Source: Isurus oxyrinchus (taxonomy: Eukaryota). From it: a stretch of DNA of 64,000 nucleotides. Shown here piece by piece: positions 29,301-41,300 of this stretch. Each line of letters begins with the position of its first letter. Positions within the stretch are counted from its first letter, which is position 1. Below the pieces are notes generated by a model that saw only the letters and a program-made list of their open reading frames with translations, searched no databases and had not been told where the DNA came from. The stretch lies in contig JANJGN010000034.1 of the NCBI GenBank assembly GCA_026770705.1, positions 3,658,001-3,722,000 of the forward strand, written 5' to 3'. The position numbers were made by a program, and so were the translations under genes.

Positions 29301-32300
29301 GCGATGGGAGCATTATAATTGCTAGAGTTAGAGCGCAATACAGAAGTGGACATTTTTCAATTCTTACATCTGAACAGCACTATTTTCTTCTTCTCACAGC
29401 ACTTGGAGGATTTCGCTTGGGAGTTTTCCATATCATTTAATACAGTGCTTTTTTCTCTACCTGTGAGCTCCAACATCTTCTACGAAAAAGTGAACAATTG
29501 ATACAACAATCCTACTATTCTTGCACTAGAGCACAAGCCTAGAAATATCATGGAATTAGTATAATCGCTGTGCGACTGCTAATTGAGAACTCATGTCTCA
29601 ACATGTTATTTTTAGTACTTGGTTCTTGATCCTTGGAACTTGCATCATTTTCCATGCTAAATATGTTGGCATATGTTTGAGCCGTGTTGCATTCGTCCAT
29701 CATTACACCATGAAAATGATGACATTGGACAATAGCTACAGTGCCATGTACTGATCTCAAAGTTTTTCAAATTCTGAAAGGCACATCAGATTTTTTTTTT
29801 ATTTTTGGGGGATTACAGAGACAATAATTCATCCAGTTGTCTACATGTTCTTGAATTTGGTTCAGAGAATCACTGAGAAAACACATATAAGTAATTCATA
29901 ATTGCATATTAATTGTTCTCTAATTCCAAACATTAGATTTATGCTGAATTACCTTTGTCTTTGCCTTCAAGCTTTTTTACTGTTAGGCAGAAAACACATT
30001 TGCAAAGATTATGAAATTAAGGCAAGCTACAGCGATGATGGTTTATTTCTTGAATTACTTAGCAATTTATTTGCTAAATTGTTTCATGAACAAACATTTT
30101 TTGCATTGTCTACTTCACAGCAAATTCGCAGGAAAAGTGAACTGGCATTCATTCTTAAGGAACTAACCAGTTTCCTGATTTCATTGGCATTTTATTGTAA
30201 ACGGTATAAACATGCTCCTGATGATACCTCTTCTCTGCGAAACTGCAAATGTACGATGTATTTATGCACGGTCACATTGTTCTGTTTCAATTTATATTGC
30301 ACTTAATTGTGGGGGAGTTAACAACGATACAGGTATTTAGCCTTTGAAGTTGTTAAACAAAACAAACCGCATTTCAGATGTGTTGAATTATCGTTTGACA
30401 TGCAATGTTCTTGGTTACTGTAATCTAGAAAAGGTAATTGGATGTAATCTTGCGTTGAGGAAAATGAAACATTATCGGGGTTACTGAGATATGGTTATAT
30501 GAAAAGCGGGACGGGATGAAAAACTTTAAGATAGAAAAGATACGAAATGATTTATTTGGTAGTACAGAAGTACATTGGTAGAGTCATTGGTGGAGGAGAA
30601 TGTAACAATTAACAGTGAACAGCCAAGTTTTTATTTCCGATTTCGAACCTGGTAGATTGACTCCTGGTAGATTGGTCAAGGAATTGCCATGAGGAAGGCA
30701 AAAGGGAATGCCCTGGTGCGAATATTTTGTTTGTTTGGAGAAGGCAAGTTCATTCAGCCTGATTTTGACTTATACACAAAGGATTCTCTCCATGTGCAAA
30801 AAGAAGGTGAAGCCAACATTTTATAACTTTACCAATCAATGCCCACTAGCCAATCATGCAACACTCTCTCATCATGCGGTATGCAATTCTGTGCTCTTTA
30901 ATGTTTGTTTTATCTTGAGTAGCCGTCCTGATGAGTGTCCGAATGTAAGCATCGATAACATATGCATTGTCTCTGCGATAATTAGATTTGGTACTACAGA
31001 TGAAAAAAAAGGAAGTTGAGTATTTGTACTTTTAATATCAACCTGTCGGTTGATAAAATGGACATATCAAGTAAGGGATTTAGGAATCTATATATACTTT
31101 TTCATATTAATGAGAATTGTACTGATTATTCTTTAAGAAGAGTGTGTGTTAGAATTTCCGGAACATGTTGGTACCAGCGACATAGATGTCATCCAATGAA
31201 ACGGGAGATGTTTGCTAAGAATTGCCAAGAATTTTAAAAGTTCAACTTCAGAACTGTGGAAGTTTCAACAGGATCACTTTTCTTTTCAGCTCCCATGCTT
31301 ATAGATCCAACCTGATCATTCTGTCTTCTTAAGGCAACCTCTTCATGACATGAATCAAACTTACTGACTGATAATTAATGCCTCAAATATATCGTTCATC
31401 CATATGTAAAGAAAAACCGAAATGCTGAAAATGATATTGGACTTAAGTGTTTAATGCACCTGCATTATTTGTTTCTGTGATTCGTGTACGAGGAATCCCG
31501 TAGGATTCTGCACTCCCTATCCTTTTAATTAAATTTACATTTCCCAATTTTTTCAATCAGAAAATGCAAATGTAAATTCGGATTTTCGCTGATTGTAACC
31601 AACATGTTTTTTTTTTGCTCAGTCAGTTAGCCTATCTAAATTTTCTTTACACACCGTCTGCATCAAAAGGAAATAGTGTGCACTTGTGTTTTGTATCAAT
31701 TTCCCCGATACGGCCGAGTTTCCTGATGTGCCAATATGTTTTGTACACCTTGTGCTTTCTTAATACGTTCTGCTTGCCAATATCCAAATTTCTACGTCAC
31801 TCTATTGCTTTGTATTTTCACGTTGAATTTCGAAATGCCCTCTCATATGAACACCCGCCTCGGCCTCCATCACATATTTTGAAGCCATCTTAACAGCTCT
31901 AGTTAACATTTACTTGATTCACCGAAACAAGGTACCTGTGCCACTCAAGTGAGACCATCAAAATGGTAAAGCTGGCCATGTATGTCCAGACTCTCCCGTA
32001 AACTAGATTAATTTTCCCTGTAACAACCTGCGAACCACACATTCAACTTACTTACTTTATTTACCATCATGTTTTCCTGCTCATGTTTCAAGTCGTTATC
32101 TTAAACCTTCCCAATTCTGTTCCTTTAAAATAAAGAATAGTACCTAGCTACTCAGACTGCTTTAGACAAACCTATTTTTTTCTAGATCCTCTCTATGGAG
32201 ATTGTTCTCACCAGAAGTACGACAACTGGCTGTTTCCAATCGTATTCTAACGTTCTGTCAAAATAGGGGGTGATTTCATTAAGATTGCACCATGGGCAGT

Positions 32301-35300
32301 ACAAATTTCGGAACAGATGCTCTCGGAGGGAAAGAGCATTATTGAAATACATAACAATATGAAAACAAAGGCGAAATAGTGCCAATACTGGAAATCTGAG
32401 TTTGACTTAAAAAAAAACACAGTAAATGCTGGAGTAGCTCTGCAGGTCTGGCAGCATCTGTTGAGGATTTTATTTCTTGGACGTGGTCTGCCCGGGCTTG
32501 TGAGGCTTTTCGATTGGATGCTGCAGAGGAAAGATTTCCGAAGGAGATGAGGTCAGTGACAGGCCTGGAAACAATAGCTTGGCGTTTTGGTGTTCCGTGG
32601 TGTGGTCCTGGTCCAAGAAGAGCTGGGAAGACGTATCTGAGAGCTGGCTCTTAGTTTCTACAAGGTAGAGACCTTTACGTCAGACAACAACAGCGCCACC
32701 CTTGTCGGAACGTTTGAGAACAATGTCAGGGAATTGGCCTGATTTTAGTGAGTCTGGAAAATGAGAGGTTGGTGTGGATGAGAAGAGCAATGATTGAGAC
32801 GGGCGATGTATCATCGACAGTTGGAATCAAGCACACTTGAAACATTAACTCTGTTTCTTTCTACAAAGATGCTGCCAGATATGCTGTATGTATTCAACAG
32901 TTTCTGTTCTTTATTGCATGACCGTATTGTTTCCTACGACCAAACAACAACGTTTTACACCCCGAGCTAAATGATTTGTGGTAACACGTTTCTGAGTCCA
33001 TTATGCTCATCCTGTCTGCATGCGGCCGTTGTATCCATCAAAGCTTCCCTTAAGCATGTGCCTTGTCATTAAGACAAGAACAACATCATCTGCCGAACTA
33101 CACTGAATATATCAGATCCAACGCCTTAAAGTAAGATATATGACAATATTTGGCAAATATAGTTAACTTTGTAGATTCTGAAGTACAATTGAGACATGAA
33201 ATTACGCAGTCAAGTTTTACATCAGTACTTGCCTAAGAAAAGAAAATGCATCAATGGCAACCGACCGTCGGAATAGTCAGATCTCACTTATTAAACAGAT
33301 TGGCATATTTGGAGTGCATGGTGCAAAGCTATCAGTGCTTCATCAGCAAAGAGGGGGAATCATTTCAGCAAGAACTTTGAGTTATTTCTCTCACATCTGC
33401 TTTCTCAGGAAATGCGCTTTGTGTCAAACTTGAAATTATAAGTATTATAATTCATTGTTTTTTTTACATTAAGCACTTTATGCGGAAAGAAAGTGAAACA
33501 CCAAGAGTTCAACGTTTCTTGAGCCGTCCCGATAAAATCAGGATGTACCGGAGAACATTAAAATATGTAAGCACTTTTATGTGCTGTTTCCTCCCAAGAT
33601 TCATTCTCGTCATTATTATTCACAGTTCTACAGAATTACCTCGACCGCTGCGTTGGAGCTATGACCAGTAATCTTTTAAATCCCATAATTTTTTGCTGAA
33701 ATGCTAATACGGAATGGCTGTGTAATGCAACGATATAACTGGTGCTCCGAAGGCGTCTGAAACAGATGATTAATGACAATTAATAATGCAGACATATTGT
33801 AATGAACATTGCTTGTTGGAATATATAGTCCATTTGCTGGGGGCGTTATGTAAATGCGTGCAGACATAAGCAGGAATTTGGTGTTAATTTTACACGTTAC
33901 ATGATTAATATACAGTCAATGAATTGTAGAATTATTCAAAACCCACAGGGAGGAGATTCACATGCTTGCCGAATCTCCTGAAACGCAGCTCATCCCACTG
34001 ACCCACCATTCTCCCGTGTCCACGTATGTTTATCTTCACGTGTATATTCAGTTCGTTTAGAAAGCCAAGATTGTATCTGTTTCCATGATGTCCTTTGACA
34101 GTGCTTTCTGCTTCTACGGTCAAACGCCTTTGTTCTGAACCACTTTCTTCTCCACCTTTCCGCTAATTGGATCAGCTTATCCAATCCGAATAGACTCGCT
34201 CTGATTTCGACTATGAAAGTCTCTGCACAACTTTTTTTTTTCTGCATGAAGAATCCGAGTCATTTTAGTATCCTCTTCACAATTCAGAATACTTTTGAGT
34301 TTTTACTTGTCTGCAAATTTTTATCTTCCGACAACATGCAAACCTACTTCATTAATAGGCAAATGTGAGCAAAACCGTATTTTTAGCACGAGGTCCCTCG
34401 CTATCCTAACTGCATTAATTCATTTATTTCTAAAAAAAAATCACCTGTTCACCTATCCATTGTGTTTCCTGCCATTCAGCCAACATAGTTCTTAATTGTG
34501 GATGACGTTAGCAAGGCATTGGATTCTATTTATGAGCACTTTGGTGTAAGTCAAATGAAATTAAATTTCACTTTGCATTTTGTTTGTCATGACTCATCTG
34601 TAGCGCTACCATAAATAAAGATATCTCTATGCGGTGGATGATCAGGTGGGCTTAGCAAATCTTCACTAAGAAGGCAGAATATTAATTCTCTGCGTAAAGA
34701 ATCTCAGCAAATAAATTAATGGAGACACATTGCCTATGGAATTCAGAGCAGCCCTTGGGTGAAGGTAATTATAACGTTGGAAACAAAGTCGATATGGTCC
34801 AACTTGAAGCCGATTTGAACCGGAGCATTGCGGAGGACAATCAGACAAGCCAGCGTGGGTTGAATTTCATGCAAGCGTAGGATGACTGCTGGGTTTTTGC
34901 ATCTACTTACATTTTTTTCCAGAGATCAGGGAGTACCTATATACCATGGCCTTCAGAACAGAAGGTGCTGCTTTTCTGTACAACTTTTAAACCGAGGGAG
35001 AAACTTCATAAATTGTGCTCAATTGTATTGATATAGATACCATTTGGCGGACGTAATGTCCTGGATAGTTTTCATCGCTTTCTGGAGTCAGAGATCGATT
35101 TTGCTGATTATTGCTGTCCCTTGATAATTGGTGAGTTTTCTGTTGTTCTAATCTTCACAAATCAGATGGAGGCAGGGTTTATTCGATGATGCAGAATAAA
35201 ACTTTACCCGTACAATTCGACACATCACTCAAAGGATAGCAAAGCAAAACACTATGGCTGAGGAAACAGTGAAATAACAAAAATAAAACACAGAAAGTGA

Positions 35301-38300
35301 ATTATTAAAATAGAATATAGTGGCTGTGGCAGCATTGGTGCAGTAGAAACCGCGTTAATATTTCGAGTTGAATACGACTCTTATTCCGAACATATTTCCT
35401 CTATTCTTTAATTGGATGTGGGCATTGCTCATAAGGCCAGCATTTGTTGTGCATCCCAAAATAGCCCTTAAAATGAACTGTTACTAGGCCATTTCGAGGT
35501 CAGTTAAAATTCAACCGTACTGCTGCCTTTCTGGTGGTACATGTGCGCTAGAACAAGTAGGGAAGGCAGAGTTCCGTCCCTAAAGGGAATTAGTGGAGCT
35601 TTTTTTTACAACTATTGAAGATATCGTTCATGTTCGCCATGACTAGTTCTATGTTTCAGGTCCATTAACTCAATTTTAATTTATCAGCTGCTGTTGTTTC
35701 ATTTGAACCCTTGTAACCAATGCATTATTCTGGACCTTTGGACTATTTTTCCAGTTTCATTACCACTATGCCACGGTCTCCCCCAGGTCATACTATTTTT
35801 TTTTTTATGAGCGGACCATTTCTCTGCCCATTCTATTTCTTTGTTCGTAGGACTCAGTGTCCGCTTTGACAAGTCAGTAGAAATAATAGCTAGATTGTTC
35901 TGTTGAAGAATCATTCGGACTCGAGATGTTAACTGTGTTCCTCTCCGTAGATGCTGGCAGACCTCCTGAGTTTTTCCAAGTATTTTAAATTTTCGTGCTA
36001 GATTGCTTCTTTGATAATCTGCAATGAGGGAACAACGTTGACTTCTCCACTAATAACTTCCATGACCAATCTTCTGAGCAATCACTATGATCATGTTTAT
36101 GCCCAGCATAGAGCACAGACCCGTTCTCAATCAAACCTCTCATCAGAAATTGCAATGCACCCGAACACTGGATTGTTGGTCTATAATTGTGCATCTGCAT
36201 TGGAGTGCCCATTTTACTCCTGAGAAACATGGTGGAAGAGGTGATACAAGAAATGTGTGTTAATGAGTTTCATTACCTTAGTGAGATGGTCAGCAGTCAG
36301 GCAGTCAAGCATCAGATGAATGATGTGTGTGCTATCTAGTTGTCAGCTCAATCGTCCTAAGAACTGCTTTGCTGTTATATCCGTTCGCTGACAGTAACAT
36401 GAATTCGGCTATTTTTATGCCCAATTATATGGACGAGTGTACCCTCAGTAAGGCAACACAAGCAGAATTGAGCCGTTGCTTCAGTGCCCATTTGACAGTA
36501 CATTTTAAAACAGTGCACACATTATAAATTATTGTCAGTGAATTTTAACGAAGCATACATTTTTTTGAATTACCTTTTTTGGCGAATCTTTCATTAAAAA
36601 CAACAAAGATAGCGACATCCTTTCTGAATGGAACTTCTTTAACCTCAGGAAAAGACGCCAGGTACTTCAGAGGCACCGTACAATATTGGAGGCCAGTGGT
36701 GAAGTTGTAATGTCTTTGGCCTTGTAATATTGATTTTCAAGCTGACCTTTGGAAGCATGGGACCAAATCCAACCATGGCAACTGGCGGAACTTATTTTAA
36801 ATTAATAAATCTGGATGTATAAACCTAGCATCAGAGAACACCATGAAACTACTTTCGGTCGTCCTAAAAACGCATCTGGTTCACCAATTTCCTTTGAGGA
36901 TAAAAGTGTGCCATCCTCAAATAGTTTCGCCTCGGAGTGACTCTTCGCCCATTTCCATGTGGTTGACTCTTAATTCTCTTATCTTATTTGGCCTTGCGAG
37001 TCACTCGGTTAAAGGAAAATTGGGCTTAGGCGACAAATAATGGCCTGGCAAACGACGCCGACATCCCATGAAATAATATATAATATATTTACATAGAATC
37101 ATAGAAATCTTATAAACACGCACAAATACCATTTGGTTGACGAATATGCCCTGCGTCTCTGAACGAGTAATTCGTCAAGTAGTGCTTCTCCCCACAGCCC
37201 GGTACATTATTATCCAATTTTCCACAATTTTGTCATGCATATCTTGATGCAACTTATCTGCAGGCCACTCTCAAAAACTGAATTCCAGATTCTAAATATG
37301 CTCTGGGTATGAAAGTTTTTTTCCTATTGCGTCCAATGCTTAGATAACAGTTTGCCTTGGACCTGTGCCATCTGATGCTCGATCTTTCCACAAGTTGCAC
37401 GCGTTTCACTTTATGTTTTTGAATACCTTTGTCAAATCTCCTATGAATCTGCTCTATCCCAAGCGGCAGTCACAAATCTGCCAATATATCAAAGCAACTG
37501 GCGTTTGTCATAACTGCAGCAGTTCTTGCAAATCTTTTATGCACTATCGCTAATGCCTTCTCATCTTTCCTAAACTATGGCAAACATGAACAAAATGCTC
37601 CAGTAAATGACAATGCATTTTCCGTTTTAGCGTTAACATGGTTTCTTTGCTTTTGCACACTTACAACCAGATTTATAGCTTTTAGTCTTATTAAAACGAT
37701 TATTCCTTATTAACTATACTGTCAGGTTGCCCTGCAAAAGCCTACCATTTATTCACGCGTATAACCAGACACCTGTGACTCTGCACTGTTTTCATAATTG
37801 TACCTCACAGTTCTCTACATTTCTATGCAAAACATGTCTGCCCGCCTGTTTGCTAACTTTAAAAATTATTATTATGTTATTTTTTCCTTATTGTTTGCCT
37901 GTTACAGTCGTTAGGTACCATAATAAACATGCTACAAAATAAATCAATACAAATGCTGGCCTGGCCAGCTACACCGATGTCCCCTGAAATAATAAAGAAA
38001 TTTTGTGTTATTGTACAAATATGAAACGTTATACTGCATAAAAATATGCCAGCTATTTGTATGTTTCAGATAAGGCAGATTTTTATAACTGTGCCTTCGG
38101 GCAGAAAGCTGTCCACCCTCCTTCAGTATTCTGCTGCTCCTATTTCAGAAAGACACCCTGTATTTCATACCGACTCTTTGGCCCAAAATAAGTCACTTCA
38201 CACTCCCGTCTATTAAAATCTAACTCGGATTTATGCAGCCAAATGACAACGTTCTTTTGAAACACGATATCATGCTTCTTCCCAGTTCACAATAATTCCA

Positions 38301-41300
38301 ACTTTTCTGTCATCAGCAAATGTTGAAATTATGCTAGGTCTTTATGATATGTCCACAAGAGGATCCTTATTTACAGTGATCCCCGAGAACACCACAACAA
38401 AACATTCCCAGTCTGAGTAACTTTGGCTAGGGACTTCTCTCTGTTTCCTGCCACTCAGCCAATTTTCTACCTGTGGCCATCCTTTCCATTTGATTTCAGA
38501 GAATCAAAAGTTCCTCACAAGACTATCTGCAGCACTGCACATCTCAGTTTCACTGCCCTGCGTTAAAAAAATGTATTAAAAATTAGCAACATCATGTGCA
38601 TTTGTGCTATCTATGAATGAAATCATTGGCTTTATCGCTCCATGATTCCGAGTTGGGCTCTTTCATTCCATGTTGTGTCAAATGTGCCAACCTGTCAATA
38701 GCATTCACTGTAAAAATACTTGGTCCATGTTTGTACCAAACATGTAATGAGAAAAAGGAGCTTTGTTCATTTTCTGCAAAGCAAATTGTGTATCGCGAAA
38801 CAACTATCCAGTAACAGTTGTTACTTTTTACTTTGTACCACGCAAATCACCACTCAAATCACTTGCTGATGATTTAGAAGGACAGCTGGGACCGTATTTA
38901 AACGAAATGCATTTGTCCTATGTTTTACAGGCAGAAAATATTTGTGGTTCCGTTTTAATTTTGATAGCGAGATAACATGTTTAGTGCACTGACCAATCTT
39001 GGCAAGTGTCGAGGAAAGGATGTAGCTCAAGTTCTCAGTACCACAGCCATAGTTTGTCATCATCTACCGCCACTGCTATATCTACTGCCTGCCAAATTTT
39101 TGTGGCATGGAGTGAATCGAAATGCCTAAGACTGATGCCTGTAATGCTGGGAACGGAGGAGGAGGATGAGATGGATCATCCACTCGGCTCTTTTCAACGA
39201 AGGTTTGTGCAAATGATTCAGTATTTTCTTTTGAGATGACCATCTAGGGCGCTGTCTCTTTCAGGATTGTGATGCACGTGGAAACTTATTCACTGGTTAC
39301 TTCGTGTTTTAAATTAGGACTGGATGTCTCATGCCTGCAGGTTTTAAGTCAGACCAGACGGTTGCATCAGCGATAATTACTGCCCATCAGACGCTGCTTA
39401 AGCTTTTGTAATACCGATTTTGGCCCGTATTGCAGCTTCAGCAGGTTGGTATATCCATTAGATAAAAACAAAGAGAACTGCGGATGCTGGAAATCCAAAA
39501 CAAAAACAGAATTACCTGGAAAAACTCAGCAGGTCTGGCAGCATCGGCGGAGAAGAAAAGAGTTGACGTTTCGAGTCTTCATGACCCTTCGACAGAACTT
39601 GATTTCGAGTCCAGGAAAGAGNNNNNNNNNNNNNNNNNNNNNNNNNNNNNNNNNNNNNNNNNNNNNNNNNNNNNNNNNNNNNNNNNNNNNNNNNNNNNNN
39701 NNNNNNNNNNNNNNNNNNNNNNNNNNNNNNNNNNNNNNNNNNNNNNNNNNNNNNNNNNNNNNNNNNNNNNNNNNNNNNNNNCAAGCAGTGATAGAAGCAG
39801 ATCATCAAAAGATGTCAGTGACAATGGGACAAAAGAACACATAGGTGTTAAAGTTAAAGTTGGTGATATTATTTAAACGAATGTGCTAATTAAGAATGGA
39901 TGGTAGGGCACTCAAGGTACAGCTCTAGTGGGGGTGGGGGGAGCATAAAAGATTTTAAAATATTTAAAAATAAGTGGGAAAAGAAAAATCTGTAAAATTT
40001 ATAGGGAAAAAAAAGGGGGGGAAAAAAGGGGGAAACAGAAAGGGGGTGGGGATGGGGGAGGGAGCTCACGACCTAAAGTTATTGAATTCAATATTCAGAC
40101 CGGAAGGCTGTAAGGTGCCTAGTCGGAAGATGAGGTGTTGTTCCTCCAGTTTGCGTTGGGCTTCACTGGAACAATGCAGTAAGCCAAGGACAGACATGTG
40201 GGCAAGAGAGCAGGGTGGAGTGTTAAAATGGCAAGCGACAGGGAGGTTTGGGTCATTCTTGCGGACAGACCGCAGGTGTTCTGCAAAGCGGTCGCCCAGT
40301 TTACGTTTGGTCTCTCCAATGTAGAGGAGACCACATTGGGAGCAACGAATGCAGTAGACTAAGTTGGGGGAAATGCAAGTGAAATGCTGTTTCACTTGAA
40401 AGGAGTGTTTGGGCCCTTGGACGGTGAGGAGAGAGGAAGTGAAGGGGCAGGTGTTACATCTTTTGCGTGGGCATGGGGTGGTGCCATAGGAGGGGGTTGA
40501 GGAGTAGGGGGTGATGGAGGAGTGGACCAGGGTGTCCCGGAGGGAGCGATCCCTACGGAATGCCGATAAGGGGGGTGAAGGGAAGATGTGTTTGGTGGTG
40601 GCATCATGCTGGAGTTGGCGGAAATGGCGGAGGATGATCCTTTGAATGCGGAGGCTGGTGGGGTGATAAGTGAGGACAAGGGGGACCCTATCATGTTTCT
40701 GGGAGGGAGGAGAAGGCGTGAGGGCGGATGCGCGGGAGATGGGCCGGACACGGTTGAGGGCCCTGTCAACGACCGTGGGTGGAAAACCTCGGTTAAGGAA
40801 GAAGGAGGACATGTCAGAGGAACTGTTTTTGAAGGTAGCATCATCGGAACAGATGCGACGGAGGCGAAGGAACTGGGAGAATGGGATGGAGTCCTTACAG
40901 GAAGCGGGGTGTGAGGAGCTGTAGTCGAGGTAGCTGTGGGAGTCGGTGGGTTTGTAATGGATATTAGTGGACAGTCTATCACCAGAGATTGAGACAGAGA
41001 GGTCAAGGAAGGGAAGGGAAGTGTCAGAGATGGACCACGTGAAAATGATGGAGGGGTATATCCATTATTGGTATGCCTGTTTCACGCTGCTGGAATGCTC
41101 TCCTGCACTCCTTGTTGAATCTGGATTGAAATTTTGGTTCGATGATATTAGTAGAGTGAGCATTATGCCGCTGATGATATTACAGACTGCACTTGAGTAC
41201 AATTCTTTATGACCCATCTCTCTGCATGGGTGTCTGTGTTCCAATGTCTAGAATAATTCTGAATGTACCTCATTTGGCATAGTGGCATTCTGCTACAAAG

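Larger units (their letters stand above)
22330..30200. repeat. Old tandem duplication, about 1.7-kb unit, 3 units plus a partial fourth, each carrying a 27-nt exon and a 36-nt exon
   Basis: Collinear intron similarity among about 22330-23800, 26550-27900, 28190-29300 and 29900-30200 (e.g. gagtcttgccaatagtg near 23517 and 27605; ttgctaaattgtttcat near 28357 and 30071). Confidence 0.85.
39461..41054 (-). mobile_element. Young 5'-truncated Penelope-like retroelement
   Basis: TSD (ggt)atatccatta at 39448-39460 and 41055-41067; uninterrupted coding frame; terminus with hammerhead motif; contains an N gap. Confidence 0.95.

Noticed and set aside
31749-31769. 21-nt single-heptad candidate exon (ERIKKAQ)
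   Set aside because: Weak acceptor and lies in probable CR1 debris.
40392-41006. 204-aa Pro/Ser/Thr-rich ORF and overlapping plus-strand ORFs
   Set aside because: Alternative frames of the C-rich Penelope coding sequence.
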